Source of the DNA: the human T2T-CHM13v2.0 reference genome, Homo sapiens
Strand: one strand, 5' to 3'
DNA: 64,000 bases
NCBI RefSeq assembly: GCF_009914755.1
Contig: NC_060937.1
Notes under the pieces: model-generated
The model's input: the letters and a program-made list of their open reading frames with translations, nothing else
What the model was told of the DNA's origin: nothing
Database searches by the model: none
Part shown: positions 45,935 to 58,680 of the stretch, in pieces
Layout of the letters: every line of letters starts with the position of its first letter
Numbering within the stretch: the first letter of the stretch is position 1
Translations under genes and position numbers: made by a program

Positions 45935-46344
45935 CAGTTTATAGTTTACTAAACAATTTACATATCATAAAATTTACCATTTAAAACATTTAAAAATACG
46001 TAACTCAGTATTTTTTATACCATATTCATATAATCTTGCACACCCATAATTGCTAATTCTAGAGCTATTTCATCACTCCAAAAAGAAATCCTGCACTCCT
46101 AATTTTCCTCTCACTTCATCCTCTGGAAAGCACTAATATACTCTCTTTCTCTATGAATTTGCCTATTCTTAAAATTTTATATAAATGGAATCACACAATC
46201 TATGACCTTTTGTATTTGGCAGTCTTTATGTAGCATAAAGTTAAATTTCACCCTAAATAATTCAATTTAGCTTATCTTGAAGTACAGGTTTTTCAGTGAT
46301 AAACTGTCTCAGTTTTTGCTTATCTAGGGAGGTCTTAATTTCTC
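45935..46344 (-). mobile_element. L1MB-like element: 3'UTR joined to ORF1 (left part)
   Basis: 'catatcataaaatttacc', 'tgaatttgcctattct...taaatggaatcacacaa', then ORF1 antisense 'aaactgtctcagtttttgcttatctagggaggtcttaatttctc'. Confidence 0.75.
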
Positions 46345-46354
46345 TTTTTTTAAT

Positions 46355-47052
<698 letters not shown>

Positions 47053-47225
47053 AGGTATACATTTTAAAATAACTCTAAAAGAATAACGAGAAACTAAAAG
47101 CATTTGTTATTTGAAGAATAAACAGCTTAGAATGGTGCAGATGAGAGTAAGAATGCCTGGGAAAGTTCTCACTATATATGTTGTCAATTTTTTTGATTTC
47201 TGACCAATGTATATATATATATAAA

Positions 47226-47547
47226 ATCAACCTTCTGTATTTTGGGTTCTTCATCCGTGGATTCAACCAACTACATGTGAAATATATTCAGGTAAGTTAA
47301 ATAAAAGGGTGACTGTGTCTGCGCTAAACATGTACCAACATTTTTTTTCATTGTCATTATTCCCTAAATAATACAGTATAACTAAGTATTGTAAGTAATC
47401 TGGAGGTAATTTAAATTGTAGGGGAGTATGTATATAGGTTATAAGCAAATACAACACCATTTTATGTAAGGCACTTAAGCATCCAGGGATTTGGGTATCC
47501 CACAGGGGGTCCTGGAACCAAAACCCATGGATACCTAGGCTTAACTA
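47226..47547. mobile_element. MER2 (Tigger-family MITE)
   Basis: 'catccgtggattcaaccaac', 'ttgtcattattccctaaataatacagtataact', 'gggggtcctggaaccaaaacccatggatacc'. Confidence 0.88.
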
Positions 47548-47775
47548 AATTACCTATTTGCAAACTTAAATAGATTTAAAAATACCCTCCCTAAAGATAA
47601 ATACATAAAAAAGAAAAGAAATATATTCCAAATAGTCTCAACGTGAATGAACCAAGGATGGTCTTCTGTCCACGCTTGGGTCAAAGTGTCACATGAGGAA
47701 TAAATGCCTTGGAGATCAGTGGACTAAGGGCTCTATCAGTTCTAATGACTAATCACAAGAAGGCATAAAACAAGG

Positions 47776-48192
47776 TGTTTTAGTTTTCTATTGCTGTGTA
47801 ACAGCAACAACAACAAAAAACACAAACTTAGCAGCTCAAGACAACACACGTTTATTATCTCACATTTCCCTTGTGTCAGGAGTCTAACATGTTTTAATTG
47901 TGTTCTCTGTTCAGAAATTCATAATGCTGAAATCAAGACATTGAGTGATTGTGCCATTATCTGGAGGTTCTACACTGGCAAGATCACTTGTCAGATCATT
48001 TGGAATGTTGAGAGAATTCAGTTCCTTGTAGCTGTGGGATCATGTTAGCTGTGTTGTTGGTGATTAGGATAGGCACACCTCAATAATTTCCCTTTTTTAA
48101 AGTCAACTGTATTACACAGTGTAACCTAATCACACTAGTAATATCTCATTATATTCACAGGTTACACCCATATTCAAAGGGATGAGGATTAT
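47776..48192 (-). mobile_element. MLT1E-like MaLR LTR, truncated
   Basis: 'tagttttctattgctgtgtaaca', 'aacttagcagctcaagacaacacacgtttattatctcaca', 'agaattcagttccttgtagctgt'; stops at 'gggatgaggattat'. Confidence 0.75.
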
Positions 48193-48530
48193 CTCCTCCA
48201 TTTTTGAAAAGAAGTTTTTGCCAGATACAGAATTATTAGTTGAAATTTTGTGGGTATTTTTCTTTATGAAAATTGAATATTTTAACCCACTGCCTAGTGG
48301 CCTGGGATATATTCTGTGTTGCATGCAGTTACAGATACCTTTTTTTTCCATCAGCTTACTGGTCATCTAATGATTGGACAGAAATTTCCTTTAGTGTTTG
48401 GCACAACAGTAAAATCTCCCCACTTCTGCAGAGTGACTGTGGTATGTTGGAAATGCCTCCAGCATGAAGCCACAACATTTAGAGCTTCACCTTATCTTTA
48501 TTTCCCACTTTCACATACCCTCAAGGTAAA

Positions 48531-48600
48531 GAAGAAGAAGAAGGAGGAGGAGAAGGAGGAGGAGGAAGAGGAAGAGGAGGAGGAGGAGGAGGAGGAGAAG
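48531..48600. repeat. (GAA)n/(GAG)n polypurine repeat
   Basis: seen directly. Confidence 0.95.
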
Positions 48601-48872
48601 TAGTTAGACATTAATGCTTCCTCTGGTGTCTTCTGAGTATGTGCAGAATTCTGGGCATGCACTTGGCCTTATAAATTCTCTAGAATATGTCAGATCTTCT
48701 CAAAGCCCTTATTCCCTAAAGCATCTCATTCTTCAACCTCTCCTCTTAAGCATTTTGTTTATTCTCTTGTTTGCCACAACTGTAATCCTTTGCATTAGAC
48801 AGCTCTGACTAAAGCGTTTGCCTACATATGTTTTCTTCAAATACCCACTGGGTAGCAGCTTAATTATCCTAG

Positions 48873-49030
48873 GCCCAGAGGCCTAGCAGGAAAAAATTGT
48901 TTCATGACCAGGCCCAGTATCCCTGTGCTGTGTGTAGTGTAGGGACTTAGTGCCCTGCATCCCAGCCATTCCAGCTGTGGCTGAAAGGGCCCAACATGAA
49001 GCTCGGGCTGTGGCTTCAGAGGATGCAAGT
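48873..49030 (+). repeat. THE1-internal fragment copied from 53931-54090
   Basis: Near-identical to the THE1B 5 kb downstream, including shared cctgtgctgtgtgtagtgtagggacttagtgccctgcatcccagc. Confidence 0.88.
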
Positions 49031-50928
49031 TCCTAGGAAGCAGTGACTTCCATGGATCTGACTTCCACATTCCATGATGTGACTTCCAAGGAGTCACCAG
49101 ACAGGTGAAAACAAAAGTTGCAATTCTTTAAAAATGAAGTCCATTATGTTTCATCTAATACTGCTGCTAGAAGTGCAGGCTGTTTCTTCACAGCTACTAC
49201 TGAGCTGGAGAGTGGAAAATGGGACTTTGGTAAGTTAAAATACCATACCACTGGCTGTTTTTTTAAAACCAAAATTCAACTCTTTTCTTTAAAAAGTGCT
49301 GCTACGCTGACTCCATACTCTTGGTTAGTTTCTAGTGCTCTAAAAACTTGATTCTAACTGATTTTTGACTGTTTTTAAATTGCTTTTATGGAGTGGTGGA
49401 GTTTTTACTCCATCATTTTCATGGAAGTCCAGTAATATTAGTATGATCTCACCTTTACAGAAGACAAATCCAGACCAGATTATATTGATGCAGACTGTAA
49501 AATCAACATAAAAATAGATATTCCTGTTTCTTACTTGCAACCCACATCCACATTAGGTGGAAATTTGAGGTTTGCTTTATTCATTTTTACATTTTGTCAA
49601 TTTCAGACTCTATATTTTTAATTTTAGAATGTAACAGTTTTTTAGGATACACTTAATACTTCATTTTCAGTATTAATAAGTACAAACTCCGAAAACATTT
49701 GCTCAAATAAATAAGATCATAAGAATAGAATATGTTTTGCTATAACAATGACAGTTGTTTCCTTAAACTCTCAAATTCTGGGCAAAAATCATACAGTCAA
49801 TACTTTTTTTAAATTATTCATTATTTTACAACTTAATTATATCTTTCTTCAGGATTTTCGAAAGCAAGTAACTGGAAAACACATGAAGTACAAACAGGGG
49901 GTTTACTTAGTCAATTAATGTGTAACTTTTTAAATATTACAACCAGTAGCAAAATGTTATTTGTCCTCTGCTAGGTACAATGTATTTCACTGAGATTCAG
50001 AATAGTTGATAATTTTGTTTTGGAAAACAGCAGATGCTTATTTGTACAAAGTGGGAAAAGAGGCCATATAGAGCCTTAAATACAAATTTATTCTCTGCCG
50101 TATCCATTTTAACATATAATGTATAATATACAAAGTATACAGAAATTGAGATTTTAGAAATTGTTTTATTTAAATGTTACTGTATCTGTTTATAGGCCAC
50201 TTGAGAACTATTCCTAAAACCCATATTAATAACCGCTTTTTTATTTTTCATCTGGTAATTGCTCTATAACTAGCAAGAAAAAGATAATATATTTTGTTTA
50301 AAAAGTAATGACAAAAGATTAACCCAGTTAACCTGGAGGGTAAGTAAAGCCTGCATACTGTAAGTATGATGTCATGTTATTAAGGGTTTATTCAAAGACC
50401 AAAAGAAAAAGGCATTATCTGGTGAGCAGCTGCCAAGTGGTATCATTTTCAGGAATGCTATTCCTCAAATATCCAGCATAATACTTGGATATTGTTTACC
50501 AAAAATTTAAAACTAATTTTTTCAAACTCAGAGTACTCAACTCAGAAGTGTGATGCTAGACTTCAAGATGTCATTTGGTGATACCATTTTATAAGTGAAC
50601 AAATACTGCTTCTATCGATTTCTCTTTTAATTTTCAACTTTTGTAATATTCATATTCTGTTGGCAGGATATTAATGGACAGGGAAAATAGCTTATCACAT
50701 TACTCTTTAGACATCATGAGATTACAAAATGTGTCAACATGGTCTTTATAAAAAGATAAAATCACAACTTCAATATATTGAAGATAATATCTACAACTAA
50801 AAATATTTTAGGGTGTTATTCAAGTAATATCTTTGTTTTCTCTTTTTAAATTGAAAAGAGTTTATGTTATTCATGAGAAAAGATCTTAAAGTTGAAGTCA
50901 CAACTGAATGTGGCAGAGATTATCTGAC

Positions 50929-51386
50929 TGGTGTGGGTTGAATTGTGTCCTCCACAAATGATAATGTTTAGTTCCTAATCCCCGGTACCTCTGAATGATA
51001 CTTTATTTATAAATAGGGACTTTTCAGATTTAATAAAGATGATATCATACTGGATTAGGGTGGACTCTGATTCCAATGACTGGTGTCCTTAAGAAAGAGA
51101 GATTTGGAGACACAGGGACATAGAGAGTTTCACAGAAAAGACCTTGTAAGGACAGAGGCAGAGTTTGGAGTTATGCTTTCACAAACCAAGGAATGCCCAA
51201 AATTACAGGCACCATCAGAAGCTAGAAGAAGCAAGGAAGGATTTTCCCTAGAGCCTGTGGCATGAACATGACCCTGGTGACCCCTTGATTTCAAACTTCT
51301 AGCCTCCAGAATTGTGAGAGAATAAATTTATGTTTTTAAAGCCACTCTGTAGTAATATGTTCTGGCAGCCCTAGAAAAATAATACA
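50929..51386 (+). mobile_element. MLT1C-like solo LTR
   Basis: 'gggttgaattgtgtcc', 'actggattagggtgg', 'aagcaaggaaggattttccctagagcct', ends 'gcagccctagaaaaataataca'. Confidence 0.88.
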
Positions 51387-51455
51387 TTTTCATTAAATCC
51401 ATGTAATTGGTGGGGAGTGGGCATGCAGTTGGACAGAAATCATCAGACTGTCTTG

Positions 51456-51512
51456 GTGACACTAGGTGTCACTCATTACTAAGTGTCACTCATCGCTAGG
51501 TGACACTCATTA
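51456..51512. repeat. 3 x 17-bp tandem repeat with leading palindrome
   Basis: ctaggtgtcactcatta / ctaagtgtcactcatcg / ctaggtgacactcatta; palindrome gtgacac-tag-gtgtcac. Confidence 0.85.
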
Positions 51513-52249
51513 CTCAGTTTTTTATGTTCTTTCCTGTTCTGGCTTTATAGCCTTCCAGGGCAATCTGGTGAGACACTTACTGGAGAAGGCAGGTCCTCTA
51601 TCAGCCTAGGCCCCTCATAGTTTCTATTGACTGTAGCCACTGAAACTGCTGAGCAAACTAACTGCATTCAACTGTTATCTTAGCAAAAAATAAGGTTCGA
51701 TTTTGTTCTGCTCCTAAAAATTTGATGTTTTTTTGCTAAAGATATGAATTATTAAAGTGCAGTTACACAGATGTGTAGTATATTAGTCCAAACTAAAACA
51801 CTTATATTGTTAGATGCAGTGATAATTCTTAAAATGGTGGACCAATTTTTTCATAAAGTAAAATGCAAACTTGGTAATGTAAAAAGAACAATGTTCCAGT
51901 ATTCATTTAAATCTGATAGACAATTTTAATTTTAGGGTAAATAGGACTTTAATACTAAATAAATCTGTTTAGCAGGGTTCTTTATTTTATATATTTATTT
52001 TAAATAGAAGGTGTGTGAGAAGATGACAGGGACCAGAGCATAGTTTTTAAATCCAGAATAATTTTTACATTACAAAAGACAAAACATAATGAAACTAAAT
52101 TCCATGGGAAAAACTTAAAAGAAAATTAACTGATGATGTTTCTATGAAAGATGTAACACCAGTGAGTGAGGACAAACCAGCAAGAGACATAAGACCTACA
52201 TGACATCAGACAGAGGTTGCTTAAAGGACGTGTTACTTTTTCTTGCCCC

Positions 52250-52357
52250 AGAATTGGTTTAATGCTCTGCCATCACTTTAATTCTTTATTGTTTTTGAAC
52301 AAAAGTTTTCACATTTTTCATTTTTGCACCAGGCCTCATAAATTATACCAGTCCTGG
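52250..52357. mobile_element. MER91-like hAT-Tip100 fragment
   Basis: 'ggtttaatgctctgcc...tttttgaacaa...cattttt gcaccaggcctcataaattataccagtcctg'. Confidence 0.65.
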
Positions 52358-53293
52358 TGTCAAAATCTGTAAACTTGTACAGGAGAAAACAGCAGCTGAC
52401 AGATTTGGCAAAATAATTCAAAATAACCAACAGATATTTATGAGACAAGTATGTTGGAGAACAGCAGCCGAAACAGGGATAAGTTTTACCTTTTCCAGTA
52501 GTGAGTTAGTGCACGGGGCCTATGGTAAGATGACTTGATGTGGCTTTAGCTAACTAATCCTGATGAACTACCATCCCTTTCCTCTCAGTGCTCCACTCTA
52601 AGACAAGACTAAATATTGACAAGATTCCCCTGAAAATGCATTCAAATTGAGTAGGAAATGGACAACAGAGACAGAAAAAAGAGAAGCCTCTTGACCAAAA
52701 TAGCAGAGGATAATAACACCAGGAAATCCCAAAAATTAAACAAAAGGTGCCATATGTTTGGACACTTCTTGGAAACAACAGAATATAGAACTCTAGGAAG
52801 TTAAAAAGCTCTCCTGAAAACTGCCTCATTTTCAAGTTTAGGAAAATTAATTTCACACGAAGACAGAAAAGAGAATATTATTGAGTTCAAATTCCACAGT
52901 TAGTATTAAAACACCAGAAAGAATAGAGAACAGAATAGTATCTCTCCAGGTATAAACTCAGAAAATTGTGTCCATTAAAGTAACACAACCATAATCTAGT
53001 ATTTTAAAACAACTAATAGACTTTAAGAGAATGAAGGAAAAGAAGAAAAAAAAAACTTGAATCAGAGCCACAATAACTCAGATATTTGGAGAAAGATCAG
53101 AAAAAAATTAGAATGTAGTCTCATTTACAATAGCCATTAAAGAAATAAAATACCTAGGAATATATTTAACCAAGGATGTGTGATCTGTACAAGGAGAACT
53201 ACAAAACATTATGAAAGAAATAATAGATTACATAAACAAATAAAATAACATGCCATGCTGATCGATTGAGAGAGTCACTATTGTTAAAATGAT

Positions 53294-55234
53294 CGATATG
53301 GTTTGGCTGTGTCCCCACCCAAATCTCACCTTGAATTCCCGTATGTTGTGGGAAGGACCCAGTGGGAGATGATTGAATCATGGGGTCAGATCTTTCCTGT
53401 GCTGTTCTCGTGATAGGAGAATGTGGGAAAGTTTGGAACTTCCTAGAGACTTGTTGAATGGCTTTGACCAAAATGGTGGTAGTGAAATGGACAACGAAAT
53501 CCAGGTTCAGATATTCTCAGATGGAGGTGAGGAACTTGTTGGGAACTGGGGCAAAGATGACTCTTGGTATGTTTTAGCAAAGAGACTGGCAGCATTTTGC
53601 CCCTGCCCTAGAGATTTGTGGAACTTTGAACTTGAGAGAGATGATTTAGGGTCTCTGGCAGGATAAGTTTCTGGGTAGCAAAGCATTCAAGAGGTGACTT
53701 GGGTGCTGTTAAAGACATTTAGTTTTATAAGGGAAGCAGAATATAAAAGTTTGGAAAATTTGCAGCCTAACAATTTTACAGAAAATAAAATCCCATTTTC
53801 TGAGGAGAAATTCAAGCTGGCTGCATAAATTTGCATACGTAATGAGGAGCTGAATGTTAATTGCCAAGACAATGGGGAAAGTGTCTCCAGGGCATGTCAG
53901 AGGTTTTCATAGCAGCCCCTCCCATCACAAGCCCAGAGGCCTAGGAGGAAAAAAACTGTTTCATGGGCTAGGCCCAGCATTCCTGTGCTGTGTGTAGTGT
54001 AGGGACTTAGTGCCCTGCATCCCAGCTCTTCCAGCTGTGGCTGAAAGGGCCCAACATAGAGCTCAGGCTGTGGCTTCAGAGGGTGCAAGTCCCAAGCCTA
54101 GGCAGCTTCCACATGTGTTGAGTCTACAAGTGCACAGAAGTCAAGAATTGAGGTTTGGGAACCTCCGCCTAGATTTCAGAGTATGTATGGAAACACCTGG
54201 ATGCCCAGGCAGAAGTTTGCTGCAGGAGCAGGGCACTCATGGAGAAACTCTGCTAGGGCAGTGCAGAATGGAAATGTGGAATGTGAGTCCTCACATAGAA
54301 TCCCTATTGGGACACTGCCTAGTGGAGCTCTGAGAAGTGTGCCTCTGTCCTCCAGACCCCGGAATGGTAGATCCACCAACAGCTTGCATTGTGCACCTGG
54401 AAAAGCTGCAGAAACTCAATGCCAGCCTCCAAAAGCAGCCAGGAGGGAGGCTGTACCCTGCAAAGCCACTGGGATGGAGCTGCTCAAGACCATGGGAACC
54501 ACCTCTTGCATCAGTGTGACCTGGATGTGAGACATGGAGTCAAAGGAGATCATTCTGGAGCTTTAAGATTTGATTGCCCCACTGGATTTTGGACTTGCAA
54601 GGGGCCTGTAGCCCCTTTGTTTTGGCCAATTTCTCCCATTTGGAATGGCTGTATTTACCCAATGCCTGTACCCCCATTATATCTAGGAAGTAACTAACTT
54701 GTGTTTGATTTTACAAGCTCATAGGTGGAAGGGACTTGCCTCGTCTAAGATGAAACTTTGGACTGTGGACTTTTGAGTTAATACTGAAATGAGTTAAGAC
54801 GTTGGGGGGACTGTTGGGAAGGCATGAGTGGTTTTGAAATGTGAGGACATAGATTTGGGAGGGACCAGGAATGACATGGTTTGGCTGTGTCCCCACCCAA
54901 ATCTCATTTTCAATTTCCGTGTGTTGCAGGAGGGACCTGGTGGGAGGTAATTGAATCATGGGGGAAGGTCTTCCCTATGCTGTTCTCATGATAGTGAATA
55001 AGTCTCGCGAGGCTTGATGGTTTTATAAAAAGAGGAGTTCTCCTGCACAAACTCTTTATCTTTGCCTGCTGCCATCCATGTAAGATGTGATCTGCTCCTC
55101 TTTGCTTTCTGCCATGATTGTGAGGTCTCCCCAGCCATGTAGAACTGTAAGTCCATCAAACCTCCTTTTTTTTTTTTTGTAAATTGCCCAGTCTCAAGAA
55201 TGTCTTTATCAGCAGTGTGAAACAGACTAATAAA
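53294..55234 (+). mobile_element. THE1B MaLR element with partly deleted 5' LTR
   Basis: gatatggtttggctgtgtccccacccaaatctc at 53295 and again at ~54873; THE1 internal region; TSD atgat (53289-53293 / 55235-55239). Confidence 0.93.
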
Positions 55235-56094
55235 ATGATCAGACTTCCCAAAACAATCTATAGATCAATGCAATTCATATTAAATTGCCAACATTATTTT
55301 TCACAGAATTAGAAAACATAATCCTAAAATTCATATGCACCCAAAGGAAGCCCAAATAACCAAAGCAGTCCTAAGTAAAAAGAACAAAGCTGGAGGCATT
55401 ACATTACCTGACTTCAAATTATGCTACATGACAAGAGTAACCAAAACAGCATGGCATTGCTAGAAAATAGACACATAGATCAATGGAACAAAATAGAGAA
55501 ACCACAAGTAAAGCCACATACCTATAACCACTGAACTTTGACAAAGCCAACAAAAATAAACAATAAGGAAAGGACATCCTGGTTAATCAATGGTGCTGGG
55601 GAAATCAGATCACCATATGCAGAAGAATAAAACTGGACTCCTACATCTCACTATATACAAAAAATAACTCAAGATGGATTAAAGACTTAAATGTCAGACC
55701 TGAAGCTATAAAAGCCCCAGAAGAACACATAGGACAAACTCTTCTGGACATTAGCCTGGCATAGAATTTGTGACTAAGACTGCAAAAGCAAATGCAACAA
55801 AAATTAAAATACACAAGTGGGAACAGATTAAAATAAAAAGCTTCTGCAAAGCAAAAGAAATGATCAACAGAGTAAACAGACCGCCTACAGAACAGAAGAA
55901 AATATTTGCAAAAATGCATCTGATAAAAGACAAATATTCAGAATCTATAAGAAATTCAAGTCGACAAGAAAAAAAACAACTTCATTAAAATTTTGCAAAG
56001 GATATGAACAGATGTTTCTCAAAGGAGACATAATACAAGTGTCCAGCAAACATACAAAAAAATGTTCAACATCACTAATCATCAGAGAAATGCA

Positions 56095-56400
56095 CTGGAG
56101 AGGATGGGGGAAAGTGGGGATGGTTAATGGGTAGAAAGAATAGTTAGAAAGAATGAATAAGATCTAATATTTGATAGTACAACAGAGTGAATGTAGTCAA
56201 TAACAATTTAATTGTACCTTTTCAACTAACTAAAAGAGTATAATTAGAGTGTTTGTAACACAAAGGATGAACACTTAAGGTGATGGAAACCCCATTTACC
56301 CTGATATGATTATTACTCACTGCCTGCTTGTATCAAAATATCTCATGGAACTCATAAATATACATATCTACATAGCCAGAAATATTAAAAATTTAAAAAA
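56095..56400 (+). mobile_element. L1MA2/3-like 3'UTR fragment nested in L1PB
   Basis: 'gggatggttaatgggt...agttagaaagaatgaataagatcta', 'tttgtaacacaaaggat', A-rich end. Confidence 0.85.
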
Positions 56401-57789
56401 TATCAAATCTCATACTAGTCAGAATGACTAATATTAAAAAGTCAATGAAACAACAGATGTTGGCAGGTTGTGGAGAAAAGGGAATGTTTATTCACTGTTG
56501 GTGGGAATGTAAATTAGTACAACATTTATGGAAAAAAAAAATGGGGATTTCTCAAAGAACAAAAAGCAGAACTACCATTTGTCCAAGCAACCCCACAACT
56601 GGCTATCTACCAGAAGAAAAGAAATCATTATATTAAAAAATCTGCACCTGTATGTTTATTGCCGCACTATGCACAATAGCAAAATCATGAAATCAACCTA
56701 AATGCTCATCAACAGAGGACTAAATAAAGAAAATGTGGTATACACACATCATGGAATACTATACAGCCACGAAAGAATGAAATGATGTATTTTGTGGCAA
56801 CATGGATGAAGCTGGAAGCCATTATCTTAAGTGAATTAACTCAGAAACAGAAAATCAAATACCTCAAGTTTTCACTAATGACTGAGAGCTAAACAATATG
56901 TACACATGGGCATAAAGATGGAAATAATAGAAACTTTCGTCTCCAAAAGGTCGGAGGGTGGGAGGTGTACGAGACTGGAAAAATTACCTATTGGGTGCAG
57001 TGTTCACTATTTGGATGATGGGCACACTAGAAGCCCAAACCTTACCCTCAACACAATATATCCATGTAACAAACTTGCTCATGTACCCCCTGAATCTATA
57101 ATATTTTCTTAACAAAGGATAAAACATTATTACAGAAACAAGGGAAAAGTAACACAAAAATTAACTAATACAACAGAAGATGTTATAACAGAAGATGAGT
57201 TGAAAAAGGAAAATAAATATCGGAAAGAATTGATTGCAATCAGATTTAAAATGTAGCATAAGGGCGAAAAATTACTGGATGGGATAGAGTTCTTGCTTTT
57301 GCTCAGAAAAAAAAGTTGTTCCTCTCAATCCTTCCTGCAAACACAAGGTACAGTTTCTATGTTCAAGAAGAACATTATCATTATGTGTGATTACCATACT
57401 CATTTAGAAGTTACAGATTGGGAAGAATCATTCAACCACTTTAAGAAGGGGGTAATTAAAATTCTTAAGTCAAAGGAAGAAAAGAAACGACATAGAGGAA
57501 CATAAAACAGGTGAAATAATTAGAACACAGATACTAAATCAGTTCATACAAGCCAAAATCAATTTAATGAACGTGTTATATATCAACTGAGTACTTTCAA
57601 GAGAAATCGTAAAATATTCTGTGATACTGGCATAAAAAACAATATGCTCATAAGAGCATATAAGCATTAAAAAGGTGAAAGTAAAAATAAAGGAAAACGT
57701 ACTGAAATTTGACACTAATCAAAAAAAATTGCATAGATATACTACTATCAGGCATTCAGTGCAAGGGCTACTTAAGATAATGTAGGTTT

Positions 57790-58170
57790 TGCACTTTGTA
57801 CAATGTTAAGGTGCAAAATTGCATAGCCATAGTATAAATTTTATGCAGTAAAGTGCATAAATCATACACTTAAACTTGATTTATTTTCACTGATTAACAG
57901 ACCCATGTAAGCGTCACTCAGATCAGAAATGACTCTAAAAGTATACATAAGGGCCCCTTATTAATCCTTGGTAGCCAACTCTCAAGAATAATCATTGTCT
58001 CTACTTTTAACAGTATAAATTAGTTTTGTATATTTTTATATTTTATGTAGGTGGAATCCTACAGAATGTGTTTTGCGTTTGTCTTCCATTACTTAATTTT
58101 TTTTGTTGTTGAAATTCATTCATGTTTTAGATCATTCATTCTCATTGCTGTTTAGTATTCCATTTTATGT
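57790..58170 (-). mobile_element. Ancient L1M 3' fragment
   Basis: 'gcagtaaagtgcataaatc', 'acccatgtaagcgtcactcagatcaga', 'cattcattctcattgctgtttagtattccatt'. Confidence 0.65.
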
Positions 58171-58627
58171 AGGAAAAAAGTAACCTTGAGCTCTACATAA
58201 CACTGCACACAAATTGTACATAAAACACATTCTAAACTGATAATACACCTTTAATTTGAAAGATAAAACAAGAAAGACTTCCTTTAAAAAAAGAAAATGT
58301 GCAAGATAAAAATTAGTTAAGAGAAAGTGCCAAATATTAAGGATAACAATATCATATAGCTAACCTGTAACTTACAGATAATGCAATTCTCTAAAGAAGA
58401 AAATTGAAGGAAATAGAAAAGATACTAAAAATTATAATTCAAGGAAACTCCCTGAAAATTTTGAAAATATTACTGAAATGGCACACCACACAACTGAGAA
58501 TACCAATTCGGGACATTTCAGAAGTTTAAAGAAAAAATAATTATTTGGGCATCACAAAATGAAATAAAGTTAAAAGCATGATATTTATAAGAGAAATAAA
58601 AATTGGATTAATTTCAAAACTATCCAT

Positions 58628-58680
58628 ACCTTACCCTTAATGCAATATATCCATGTAACAAACCTGCTCATGTACCCCCT
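58628..58680 (+). repeat. 53-bp copy of 57039-57091 (L1PB 3'UTR end)
   Basis: 49/53 identical by eye. Confidence 0.85.

Larger units (their letters stand above)
48193..49430 (-). mobile_element. L1M ORF1/5'UTR fragments (right part of the split element)
   Basis: 'ctcctccatttttgaaaagaagtttttgccagatacagaatt' continues the ORF1 broken at 46344; 5'UTR-like 'ctaatgattggacagaaatttcctt', 'gctactactgagctggagagtgg'. Confidence 0.7.
53120..57110 (+). mobile_element. L1PB (PB3/4-like) 3' half, interrupted by THE1B and an L1MA fragment
   Basis: 'aaaatacctaggaata'; ORF2 relics ([15 protein letters not shown]); 3'UTR 'aaaattacctattgggtgcagtgttcactatttgg...catgtaccccctgaatcta'. Confidence 0.88.

Noticed and set aside
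48316-48603. ORF with a poly-Lys/Glu tail
   Set aside because: Produced by the (GAA)/(GAG) microsatellite within L1 sequence
51456-51512. CRISPR-like array
   Set aside because: Contiguous tandem units with no spacers, primate context, no cas genes
53373-54959. Cluster of 60-115 aa ORFs
   Set aside because: GC-richer THE1 internal sequence yields open frames on both strands; no gene structure
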